Below are positions 36,294-49,900 of a stretch of DNA of 64,000 nt, piece after piece (position 1 is the stretch's first letter; the number at the start of each line of letters is the position of its first letter). The stretch is from Lama guanicoe (taxonomy: Eukaryota). The DNA is taken from NCBI GenBank assembly GCA_013239625.1, contig MU054212.1:5552270-5616269 (forward strand). The letters run 5' to 3'. The translations under genes were made by a program, and so were the position numbers. The notes under the pieces were generated by a model. The model did not search any database. It was given only the letters and a program-made list of their open reading frames with translations, and was not told the DNA's origin.

Positions 36294-37717
36294 CCATTAA
36301 TATCTAATTTCATATCAAGAAACACCTTTACTTAGAACCTGTGACTGAAAATAAGGAGATAGATCACAAAATTTAAGAAAATCAGCCACTTATTTTTTTA
36401 AAAGGTTAACTAGCTAACAGATTAAAAAAATGTTTTTTGTCTGAGTAAGAAATTTCCTTGTGATATATACTGTTAACGTTTATAAATCTATACAGTTTGG
36501 CACAAAAAACTATTACAATATTTAAATATATGGCCTGTTTCTAAATTAATAAAATATAATATCCATTTAAAATGTTATATATTCAAAATAATTTATTAAC
36601 TCATGTTTTCATTCATTTATCTATCATTCAACAAAAGTTTGGTAAAAATTGCTTTAATAGATTTCAATTTTTTAATATATAATGACAGACATGTTTTCTG
36701 ATTTAACATTTTTTGAAAGTGATTACCAGTGTAGCCTGAGTATTAAGTTCCAGTATGGATGGTTATTTAATTGTTAGCATATTCAAAGGGCTAAGCATAT
36801 CAGGGTTGCCAGCCTGATGCCTGCTGGGCTAGTTTCACAAATGCTTGAAGACAGTGGGTCTGCATCAAACTAGAGAAGGTATGTCCTTTTGCCAAGGTAT
36901 TTACATTTTTAAAAAGTAATAATACATCATAGTGGGCAAACAAAACAGATCTGTGGATTTCAGTCAACCCACGGGCATCAAGTTTCCAATTCTTTCATGG
37001 AAATCCTCTCACGTGATCCTTACAAAATCTCTGCAGCTCAAATTGCCGTGAGCTTGCTTGTTTTGATCCCTGTCTTTCCAAATAATTCTAGAAGCTGTAG
37101 GAACGTAATTAATAACACAACCACATGGACAGAGATCCCAGGATCGAGCTGGGAGCATCTCCGCAGGGTGGAAAGTTTAGTAAGAAATGAGCTCTGATTC
37201 ACCGAATCGAAGACTGCATCAGAGAGTACTTAAAAAAAAATCCTTCAGCACATAGCTGCTCGGGTAGAGGAAGCAGTTCTCTGGCACCAAAGACCAATAA
37301 AAGCATAATTCTCCCCAAGATTCTGAAGAAAATATTTAATTTTTACCTAAAATAAAAATGTGTTTTTCATTAGCCTCCACAGTCCACAGCTCTCCCACAT
37401 ACTCTTCCAGAGCATACAAAGTGACATAAAATTCCAAACAGAAGGTAGAAGAAAGCACATGAGGACAGTCCTGGAAAGGGCAGTATATACACGTATAGAA
37501 AAGGAAATTAACAAGTGAAACGTTTACTTCTAGAGGACATGGACATTATCTCGGACAAGGAGAATTTAGGGGCGTGTCATACTTACAGTGTCCTTGTCTA
37601 CACATGACTGGAAGCTTACCCCCAGTCAACAAACACATTAGCAGATGCTGCCATCAAATTACATTCAATAAACTCCTACACAAGCATTTGTGGATGTTAC
37701 TCTATTAAAAGGCACAC

Positions 37718-37915
37718 TTATTTGTTTACACATGTCTTTGCTAGCGTCCTAAATTTGGGTTCCAGATGATCCAGAAACTCAAGACCCTCATCTTCCTGCC
37801 GATCGCTGCAGCAGCCCACCGAGCCAGCCACAGAGCCTTTCCCTTCATAGTTGTAAGAGCGAACGTAGTCTTCAGAATGTTTATGCTCCTCGTCCTGGCC
37901 ACACAGGTACACCTT
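37718..37915 (-). CDS. DSC1: DSC1 exon 17 coding part (a-form C-terminus, 65 aa plus TAA)
   Basis: [65 protein letters not shown]. Confidence 0.97.
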   Translation of the reverse strand, partial: KVYLCGQDEEHKHSEDYVRSYNYEGKGSVAGSVGCCSDRQEDEGLEFLDHLEPKFRTLAKTCVNK

Positions 37916-40900
37916 CTGTTTCAAAAAAGAGCACATTTTATTATTATTTTTTTAAAAAACACCTAAACATATTAGCATTAAAAATAATGTCTTTGATTTA
38001 CCTTTTACTGTTTAATTTTTAATCAGAGTGTGTCCTCTAATGGATTCCTACATATAAAAAATGCACATGATTGGTCTGTATTATATTCATTCTTAAAATA
38101 TAGCAAATATATAAATGCTCCTAGTGAACACATTTTCGAAAGTTAAAGCTACACACACACATCGCACCCCTACCTTACAATTTCCCTTCTAAATACAAGA
38201 TCTGTGTGGTTGAAATGTGTCTTTGCAACTTTTTTCACATATTTGGGGCAAACCAACATTGGCTATGATTCTTACGTTTACACACTATTATATATAATAA
38301 TGTAACATATTAAACTGGCTACTATTAATCTGTATAGATTGATCTGAACATAAAACAAGGAACTAAAACCCAAAATAAAAGCTTAACAGTCGGTTCAGTT
38401 GATGGTGATAGGATTTTATAACCACACGGAGGATTCAACACACTAAAACTGTTTATAATTTGTGATCTGTGCATCATTCTAGAACAAATATTTAACTCCA
38501 AGGGATCTTCCTGGTAACGTTTAGGGAAGGCAGTCAGTCTTTTTACACTTCCTAAAGTGCAGGATGCTTACATACACCACTCCTAGATACAGTTTTGTAA
38601 ATCTTATTTTAAACATTGAACTTTACAAGATCATTTTTCTCTTTGGACTTGGACCTGACATCCACAGTATGATACTTCAACACTAAAAAGGCAAGGAGTC
38701 CCAGATTGATGAGGAATAAAACTTTTGGGAAATCCTGAATTATAAGTGTGTTCAACTTTCATGTAATATGAACTTGAAGACACCGGCACTTACTTCGCCA
38801 AGCCGAGGTTGGGTGAAGCTGTGCCATTCGGTGTACGTGTATCTGCCGGTGTCCGTTCCTCCCTGTCCTACGCCCTTGACTGATTCCAACGTCTGATGTC
38901 CACCTCCTTTGCTGGAATCCAAAGTGTAGCCGCCTTTGACCATCTCAAAACTTTGCTGTGTTTTGACACCCTGGCCACCAAGTGTGCCAACAGATATGTT
39001 TGTGTCACAAATGTTGGACGTCTGTGTGGGGAGTTTAATATTTGCTTCCTAAAAATAGAGTTATAAATGAATAAATCAAATTGAAATGAACATTTCCCAC
39101 CACAGGCAACTCACTTAGCAGCTATGCCTCTCAGTTCCCCATACAGAAAATCAGGATAATAACAGCACCCATATCATAGTTGCGAGAGGTTACATTGTGT
39201 CACCCCAAAATTCAGATGTTAAGTCCTAACCCTCAGTGCCTCAGAATGTGATCTGATTCAAAGATAGGGTCACTAGAGTTATAAGTAGCTAAATTAAGAT
39301 AAGATCATACTCAATTAAGGTGGGTCCTTAATCCAAAAGGAGGAACTTGACACAGATGCACCCACACACACAGAATCCCATACAAAGATTTGATTTATGC
39401 TGTCATAAGCCAAGGAACTCCCGGAAGCTAGGAGGGAGACCTGCAATAGATTCTCCCGTAGCACCTTCAGAGGGATCATGGCTCTGCCAACACCTTGATC
39501 TCTAATTTCTAGCCTTCAGAACCATGAGACAATAAATTTCTATTTAAGTTACTCAGTTTGTGGTACTTTGTTACAGCAGTCCTGGGAAACTAATATAATA
39601 GAATTATGAAATTGAAATGAATTAACGTATGCAGGTCCTCTGAACTCTGCTCAGGGTAGTTAGTGCTCTGAAAGCAAGAGCTGTTATTATTGTTACTATT
39701 TTATGTAATAACCAACTGTCATCATTGAACCAGCAAACAAAGGAAAGAGAAATCCGATTTACCATCACTTCCTCTCCGGGTCCTTCAGTGTTTGATACAA
39801 TTAAGTTTTGCTGGGCTACATCTTCGGGAAAACACTTCTTTACTGCTTTCTTATCAGTAAGACAGAAACATGTAAACAGAACACCTAAAAAGCAAAAATA
39901 TGTAAGCAAAATAGCATTTTTTTCATGCTGGTATATATAAAATCATTCGAACTGTATGATATTTTTAAACGCTTCTTCACAGAACTTAAAAAAATTTGTT
40001 CCATAAATTTCAAACAGAATATTAACAGATGTATTCGTATACAGGCCATCCCTGTCTTAGTGAGATTATGTTATTAGGCTAAAGAAGAAACGAATCAATA
40101 AAACATAAGAAGAATAATGTGAACATAGTTTATCAATAGGTGTCTTCCCAGGTCCAGAATTAACTTAATGTGCCCCTTCTTTCCTCCACACTGAAATGGT
40201 AACTTCAGCTGATTGGAATTTAAGGTAGTATTATTGGTGTTTCAAATCCACACAGAAGGCACTCAAAGATCTTAGAATCATAAAACAAAGAACATCAGGC
40301 ATAAATCAAACAGGAAAAGCAATCACATAGTCAGTGCCTGGTTTTGAAAGCATACTTTAAATGCTAAGAGGAATATCCAGTTTAACCTGAAACTCCACTC
40401 ACTGAATCCAGATAGAGTAAAGACTATGGGAAAAGTGTGTAAATGCAAGTAGGCTGTATGTAGTCAAATAGATTGTTTAAAAAGAAAAAAAAAGGGAGGA
40501 AGGAAGGGTAAAGGAGATAAGGAAGGAAAGAAAGAAGGAAAGAAGAGAAGGAGGAAGTGAGGGGGGAGGGTAGAAGTGTGGGCAATGCTTTCCATCAGTT
40601 TTGCATCTCCCAGAAAAAAACAACAGCTTGCAGAATGCAAAATCTTAGGATTCTCTGCATCCATGTACTTTTCCTTAGTGGCTCACCACATGACCATTCC
40701 CTCTATACTGGAGTCTTCCTGAGGAGGGAGGGTATAGCCCAGTGGAAGGGTTCAACCCCCAGTTCCTCCATTAGAAAATAAAAAAGCCTAATTACCCCGA
40801 CATTGGAGTCTTCTTAAGATGTATGCTAAATCACTTCATTAATATACATTAATAACGTTGAGCATAAACATCTAAGTAAAATTTTAAACTACCCTTTCCA

Positions 40901-43900
40901 CTAATGCTTTGTGTGTGTTCACTGCATGAATCTGGCTGGTTGAAAGAGGATAATATTTTTGTTTGTGAGGGAATCTTAACGTTAATTTTATCTAACTTCT
41001 TCATTTTACGTATGGAAAAATGAGCTCAAAGAAGCAGAAATGATTTACTCAGCATCTCATGGCTAATTATTGGAAGAACTGAGGTCACACCTTTGGAAAT
41101 TACTTTAGATATAATCTGCTCTTACTGATAGGTTTATTTTTCTACGACTCAAAACCCCAAACCATAGGGTACACACAAGCTTTTTAGAAGGACACATTTA
41201 CCAAAGGTTATAAATGTCATTGATAGAAATGTTTGATGACACTTTTTGCTAACACATTCTAGATAATTGTACTTACATAACAACAATGCAGAACCCAGCA
41301 CCATGGCAAGAATAGCCCATTTTCCAAGTATTACATTTGATGGCGCAATATCTCTCTGAAGTTTAGTAGTCATTCTACAATCAGAGGGAGTAGTACAGTC
41401 ACATACTCTCACTGATAACGTGTATGTGGCAGCAAGACCATGTCTGTCTTTTATTTGGATAGGCACAGAGTAATAGTCATAATCAAGATTTTGCCGTTCA
41501 CGAAGAATGGCAGTTTTACCTAAGGGAAAAAAAGACAGAATATATATATATATATAGATACAACTTTTCAATAGCAATATTGAAATGATTTTTGATTTCC
41601 TGAAAAAACAGGAAAATCAGTTGTTACTGCTTTCCTTGTAGTAGACTACCCTGTACTTAACATGTTCCTCAAATCCTGTATTGAAATAGATTTGTATGTT
41701 TTCTTAAAGAGATTCAGAACCAGAGTCTAAACTTAACATGAGTGCATTATTCATTGCTTTAAAAAGCAAGATATTATCCATTTTCTTGGATCAAAGAATA
41801 ATTCCCTAAAATTAACATTTATTTATTTTAATGAACTAAGGTGAAAATCCAGACCACCAGGCATCCTAAGTTCCTATTGAATAGAAGATTTAGCATCCTT
41901 ACATACCGTCTTTTGTCTCTAACGTCCAAAGTTTGCTGGCAGATTTATCCAGGACGAATTGAAAAGGTGGCCCATTCTCAGGTCCATCTGCATCCACAGG
42001 TTCGAGAACGGCAAAATCCTTACCATGCCGACAAATTGTCACTTCTTTGGCAATTTGCGGTGGGTGATCATTATCATCTTCCAGAAGAACGACTAATGTT
42101 CCAGTGCAAGATCTGCCAACTGAAAAAAATTTAAAAAATAGGGTATTTCTTCACTTAATGTAGTTTTGACAATCTCTACGATGTACAGTTGACATCTGCT
42201 TTCTACTGGCTGTCTGAACTTGATTTTCACACACTTTCTGAACCACAAATACCGCTGGTACAAGCACGTCACTCTGCCTTGCAGATTTGTAGCTGTAGCA
42301 GATGGTGTCCTGAGGCGCTTTTTAAAACTAAAAGGTATGAGTGTATGAGTAATGTCACTAGAGAATAACCAACTGAGAAGAAAAATCGATTTCCTACATC
42401 TTTCTTTAAGAAGAGCATATATTCATACTGAATACGCTGAAATATACACACTTCACATTCGGTCATAATCACGTCCTTGCCTTCTTTTCCTGACCTTTCG
42501 CTCATGTACTCTTTGTTTAAACTTTTTTTGTGAAACTGCTCGTCAAACCCAGTAAGTGTGCTCCTTCCTGGCAGCTTTGGTACCTTCTCTTGCCTTTGCT
42601 GGGAATGCTTTTCTCCACCTCTTTGCCTGACAAAACCTTACTATCTTTTGGAGAATGCATTCAAATATCACCTCCTCGTGAAGCTGGTGGTGACTTCCAT
42701 GGACAACGGTGGCCATATTCTCCTGTGATTTCTCAGAGTCCTTGCTACATCATGGGCTCACACACTGAATTGCAAACATGTTCGTCCTAGAGGCTAAGTC
42801 GTTTTCATCTTGAGAGCCCTGTGATCTGCCCAGTACTTCTCAGCTCACTTAAAACTTAATACAAACCCACTGAACGTAATGCACTTATTATTTATACTTA
42901 AAAAAATTAATTGAATAAGCCATAAAAAAGTTGTACCTTCCACCCTAATTCAAGTAATAGGTTCTTAAAAATAGAGACTCTTACTCTGATCTCTAGATCT
43001 CCATTATCATTGGCCTAATGCTTTACACATAAATCTCAATAAACAATTTTAATTAAAATAGCACCCATTGTTGGTGTTTAAGAGATACTGAAGTTTAGAA
43101 AACATGTTCAAATTTTACCATTTGTGACAAAATAACAGAGTACTATAATGGTAAGCTTTTAAAATTGACATAAACGGAAAAATAACTGAGGAAATTTCTT
43201 TTTTTTTGGCTTTGAATGCTGATCTAAATTTTGGTGTATATTTGTTGGATTTATCATAAAGGCCACCATATATCACATGCAAAAGTAATCTGTAACAATT
43301 AAGCCATACCATGCAGTGTATTTCAGTGAATTTTTTCCTGTTGAATAACTAAAAATGATTTATTCAAAGTAACTTTTAAATTAATTATTACATAAGGTAA
43401 CTGCTGTTTATAGCCATTTAAAAGTTATTCAATGTGAACAAGCTTTACAATATCTTGAAATAAAAGAGTGATACAGCTTTTATTAGAAAAAAAAATCTGA
43501 AATAGCATATAAACACTTGGGGACTGCCATAAATTTGTAAATAAATCTGAGTACAAGTAATGGCTTCAAAACCAAAAAAGAGGTGAATAAAGAAGAAAAA
43601 GAAAAATTTTAAAAATTAAAAATATGTAGTTACAGGTACTATATATAAGTCAACATGTATGCTATGATTTTAGTTTTTTAAGTTTAAGCAGAGAACTGTT
43701 TCTCTGTAAGAAAAAATAGAAATCACACTTTAAAATTCTAATAAATCGGGCAGTCATCCGGAGGCAAATCAACTCGTTTAATCCCATATTATTCAACCAG
43801 AATTTACTACATAAATGATTCTTTTCTATCACAGTCTCTGTTTTAAGCATGGTGTTAAAAGTGAAATGCTTGAAATTGTTAAAATCCATGGTAATCAAAG

Positions 43901-46900
43901 CCAGAGCTGAAAACAAAGCGCTAGCCTAGATGACTTCTACTACTACCAAAGACCGATTGTAAATTTTTACCTTACTTCTGGGAAATACAGCAAAAAGATA
44001 AGTAATTACTGATAATAGCTGAAAATTGGGAAAAGGCAATTGTCTGTCTACTTCTAAACCCTATTTTAAATGAAGCACAGAAGCAAATGCCAAATATCAG
44101 TGAGTAAGGAACGTCACAATCTCAGGGCTAGAAAGTACATCTTAGGTTAACTAAAATCTAAATTTATTCATCAACAAAAAGACTCTGAAAAGCAAGAGTT
44201 CCCCATCATTAAAGAAATGTTTCTAGGGACTGGAAGTTCACTACATCCTGGACCAGCCCACTCCATGCACAGAGCTCTTTAATTAATCATTAGAAAGTTT
44301 TCAGGTTCTTTCTTAGCAAGCTATAATATGTCTTCTAACCATTTCCAATAGTTTGTTCATGTTCTTTCTGGATTATACACATAAAATGTTTACTTCTTCC
44401 ACATGACAACCCTTGAATATTTATTTCAAGAAAATTCTTTTTACAGCCAAATATAACAAAGCATTTTGTAAACTTTCGAACTCAAGTTTCTAAATTAAAA
44501 CTAATTGTTCCAAGCACCTATTATATGTGTGAACTTGTAAAGGGCTTGGTAGTGAATTTCACAGCCTGGACCTGGAAATTCCCAGGGCTCTCAAACAACG
44601 GAGGGAATGACAAATATCAGTATGTGCATGAAGCAAACATGCCAAAATCTCTACCGGATGCTTAGTTAAAGGATGTTCTAGCAGAGAAGAGGGGTCATTA
44701 TATGAAAATGAGCTCATAACCGGTCTAGTTAGAGGGAAAGAATATACATGCGGAACAATGAAAGCACTTTTATAGAGAAGACGCATCACCTGTAATAATG
44801 AACAGATCATTCCCAGGGAAGGAGGGCTTAAAAGGTATTCAGAGAAGAACTGAGCAACGACTGGTGAGAACCATCACAGAAGTTGTCATTGCCATTTGTT
44901 TGAAGAAGTGGAGGGGCCTGAATTTCAAACGGGAGGGCAATGCTATTCTAAGTGGAGGGTGTATAAGACAGCGCTTTCTAAAGTGAAAGCCGGGAAACCA
45001 GCCTGAATGACAGAGAGAATTGACGCAGAAAATACAAGGACATAAACTGGATACTAAGAAAGCTAGACTATCTAGATCATCTTGAAATAATTATGAGCAT
45101 CAAAACTAAACACTCATGGAAATACAAGTAATTTTATATTTGGCCATTGGAAACATATATTAAATGGATTAAAGTTCAAATAAACAAAATCCTTCATGTC
45201 ACCATATTTGGTCTTCCACTAAAATTTATAACACCCTTATCTTAGCTTCTTGAACACACTAGGTTCTCCAGGAGCCTGGGACATAGATTCACCAAGTTTA
45301 GATTCGGCGTTTCATTGGTTTGTACTACGACCACTGAACTGACAGACATTCTTTCAGCACCAAGAGACAAAGTTAATTTACTTTACCTCTGTCCTCCATA
45401 TTTTCTGTCTCTCCAAAGAGTATGTCATTTTTCTATCACCAAGCTTCTGCATTTCCATGAAATCTCCCCTCTTTACCCTTTAATCTGGGCAACTCAACTG
45501 ATTTCCGCTTCTTGTGATATCGATACATCCTTTAACACGGGAAGTTTTCATACCGAAGAATCTTTTATGAGACTATAATAATCCCTTCATTGATATCATG
45601 CGAAAATTTGACCTTGTCTTATGAACCCTAGTTTTCATGGTCCACTACTTGGAACTTAAGAGACCACCACCATTTGTGGAATGAGTCAGAAAATAAATAT
45701 AAACCTTTGTTTGACACTGTAATTGTGTTCCTGACCAGACTCACTTTTGCTTATAAAGGGGCAGCGAATCGCCAGAATTATAAAGTAGTGGCAACAGGTT
45801 TCCCCCATTCTTTAGCAGTCCTTTTTCCCTACCTATATTGAAGGAATTACATACAAAGATTACGTGAGAGGTATCAAGAGGAAAGGAAGGTCATGTGCAG
45901 ATGAGAAAGAGACAACAGTCACACTGAGGCTGTTTTTCAGATTTTGAAACCTAAGTATTTTTGGCTCCTGGGAATAATTCTTTCAGACTGCTTGGTCATC
46001 TCACCGATTATGATGTGCAACACAGAATTTCCATCCCAAGGCAACAGGAATAGACCAAGGCTGAGGGAGGAAGTAAGGAAAGAGAAAACAAGACCTGAAT
46101 GGGACCGATGTGGATGAACTGGCTTCCCTTTTCATATAAATTGGAAGCAGCAGCACCTTCATTAGTTTAACCTTTGTCTCTTATCACAGAAGCATTTTTT
46201 TTTAGTAGATGTGGCTTTTATTGTAAAACTATCAAAACAAGCACGGGTATAATATGTGAGAAAAACATTTGTCTTTATTATTAGAACGTCAGGGAGCAAA
46301 AGGAATAAATGTGAGCCATTTCATGACTTACTTTCAACTTTTGTTTATTTCCAAGGGATTTGATACGTGTTTATTCACACACTCACTCATTCCTTCTAAA
46401 GAAATTGAATGATTCTATAGGAAAATACCACAGCACTGCTGTACCATCTTGTTTGTTTGAACATACAAAAAAAATGCTAATCATAAAAATAGTGGAAACC
46501 ATCTTGGATTAAACAGATAGTCAAAAACATAGGCTCTGCCAGGAAGGCCCAGGTTCATTCATCTTTATCACTTACGGAAATTTACCCCGAATGGGTGTGT
46601 AATTGGTGTGATGGAATGCCATATTATGACTTCTATTCATATTTTTATCATCCTCTTTTAACACCTATTTTTATGATGTGTTCATTAGCATCATACTACT
46701 TATATATAAATAAACATACTAGTAAATATATGGAGGTGGTTGTGGGCTGGTCTCAGCCCATCAATAACCAAGGTTGTGGCTGAACTGGCCCTTGTTATTT
46801 GGATTGCAAGATGCACTCAGCAATACCCATTAGAAAACCTTGAGGAAATAAAAACAGGTTTATTACTTACAAGTCCTGGAAATTACATGGCACACCTGGG

Positions 46901-49900
46901 GCCACACAACAAGAGCAAGTTCGTAGGGGGATGGGGCAGGGAAGGGTGAAAAGGGTGTGATGCCTGGAATTCTGCTTTGATTGAGGTGGGGGAGGTGGTT
47001 AGGGTTTCAAAGGCTCACTCTTTATGGACAAATTTAAAACACAAGGGCAGGAATTTAAAGCACAAAGGAAGAGGAAAAAAAAAGCAGCCCAAAGGGTCAG
47101 TTGTTGAAATCAACCGAGATCTCTAAAACAAAAATGCCTGGGGAGATAGGGTAGGGGGTCAGCCTGGCTTTCGACCTGGTTACGTGGCTGGAAATGGGTT
47201 ATTTGAGATAGCTGTCCCTGAAGCCCTTCTGAAGCAAAGCTTAAGTCAGGCACTTGCATGACAAAAAGAAAAGCCAACTGACAGGGCTTATACTACAAAG
47301 GTTCGTATTAAAAAAAGATTGATATCCTAGGGGAGTATGCTCAAAAGGGTTTTGAGATCACTATTTTAGGACATTTGAAGGATAATTCTTCACCATCCAG
47401 GTTCTAGAATTAACCTTGGAGAATGATTGCAAATCTCTGCAAAAGACTTTCAAAATCATCGTTTGACCATGTCTTTAGGAAACAGGATAGACGATTTGTT
47501 CCTCATTAAGAGAGGGTCAGAACAAACCTACCTGAACCCATCTGTTTTAGGTGGGTTGAATCCTTTCAGCAAGTTCAACTCATAATAATCTAAATCTGTC
47601 CTCCTGAGCAAAATAGAGATCCTTGATGAAGCCACTGTACCCGTGGCAGAAATCAAATGACAGGGACTTCAAACTTGGATTTTGGCCATTCATCGCCTCC
47701 AAGTTTTGTATTACTGATGCACTGGGACCTAAATTGGGTAGTTTCTAATAAATTAAGCAATCATAATGCAAACTGTTGGCATGACATTTTGATCTGGAAA
47801 TAAGCAAATTTAAATTTAATCCCAAGATTTCCTTAAAAATACATTCTCTATTTATATTTTATTTCTAGAAAATGGCACTTACCTGCATCCATTGCCATCA
47901 CGGAAACATTGTATTGGTTGTTTTTTACAAATTTTGATTCTCTGTCTAGAGTTTTTACAGTTTTCAAGTCACCGGTGTGTTCATTAATTTCAAACCAGTT
48001 ATCTTCATCTTTTATCTTCTTATACCTAATTTTTAGAAACCAAATGTAAATGCTCAAACCATTTCATTCTGAAAAATACATAGAATTTCCCCCAGTTAGA
48101 AATCAATTATCATCGCAATTAAAAAGAAGGAAATTATGAAAATACATTACCTTAAGCCCTCACTACTGCGCTTTTCCGGATCCAATGCTTTGTATCCAAG
48201 GAGCTCTTTGCCCTCTGGGAGGCCGTCTTTACTCTGAATAACTTTTACTGGCGGTTGGCATTCAGGGCCCTCATCAGTGTCTTTAACTTTAACAGTGACA
48301 GTTGCAGTGCACATAGTAGGAGCTTGTGAGTTTGGCGCTCTAGAGAACTGTGCTTCGTTAAGAACACCAACTTGCAAAACAACTTGGTCACTGGCTTCAT
48401 AGTTCAGGGGCTGTTCAACGAACATACCTTAGTGAGTCAATATTTAACACTGCATATCGAAGACATAAGTATGATGCCAAGCTGTAGCACGAAAGGGAAT
48501 ATGATTTTTGTGTATAAAATGTTACCAAAAGTTGCTGCTAATGGAGTTAACGACTAATAATTAGCTTCCTAGAGTGACAAACACTATCAAATGCAAAATT
48601 GTTGATTTTAAGATTTAATCAATTTTTATTTTCACTTTCCTTTAGGAAGGTCCTGCCTTCATTTTTTTATTACAAGTTTATATATTAATAGAAACACAGA
48701 TAAGTGTTTGAATAAATTCAAATAGACTATTTCTCATTATTTTATTACTTATCAAATGGGATGACAGTGATAAGTTAAACAGCAAAAGTCCCTCTAAGTA
48801 TGTAAAATAATTAGCTAGACTACTAGGATGTGAAATTTGACTATAATGGAGCAGTTACTCTGAGGATCTGAGTCAAAAGATTTAATATCATCTAGCAGCA
48901 CTTTTTCAAAGTACATTATATTTGAATTTGTTAATTCCTCATCGAAGTGCTTGGTCCTGAATTGAATGATTAGAAAGACTCCCAAAGCAACGGTTAAATG
49001 ATTAAAGATGAAAATCTATCAAAATAACAAAAAAAAGATAAATAAATCTAGAAAAAAATTTTAATAAAGAAATAAATACAAAGAAAGAGAAAAAGAATTG
49101 GCAATATTACAATGACGGGACAGTTTCTAAAAATCTTATGAGGAAGGAAAAATTTATGCATATCACTTCTAAGAAAATAGACTGCCTCCAAGAAATTAAT
49201 GAGGAAAGATGCAAGAGGTTAGTGAGGGCTGTGGGTAGAAGGACTCAGAAAGAACACAAGTTCACTTAATCATTCTTGGAGTCACTAATTGCAATTAAAT
49301 TTTAAAAATCCCAAAGCACTGGCTACCTCAAATATAGGGGGATTAATGGGAAAAGCTGCTGAATGTTTAGTAAATGGTGTGTGTCTTATAAAATGCATTA
49401 TAGAGTGCTGAAAGTCTAATCTGAGCATGAAGGGAACTGAAGAGTCAAGAGGTTGACTTTAAATATTGATTCTTCTCTTTCTCTCTATTTTATGTTCTAT
49501 AAAATAATGGATTTAGATAAGTGAGTGTCTAAGACTCCTTTTGAGGCTAATATCTGATTACTAATTCAATATTTCTCTGCCTTGGTTTTCCTCATATATA
49601 GAACAATCAATTTTGCACCTCTGATGCCTTTCCTCTAAGAGAAAATGAGAAAAAAATAATAATAAAGTTTATGTATAAAACAATGAAAATCATTTCAGCA
49701 TTGCATTGCAATACTCTAGTTATATACATACAGGAATTACTATATATATAGTTATATATTATTATATATAGTTATTATTATATATTGTAATTTCCATTTA
49801 TAACTATATATATTAATTCCTCCATATATAATGTATATGCCCAAGTGTAGGTTAGAACTTTGTAAAGCATTCCTTGATACATATATATTTACATATATAT

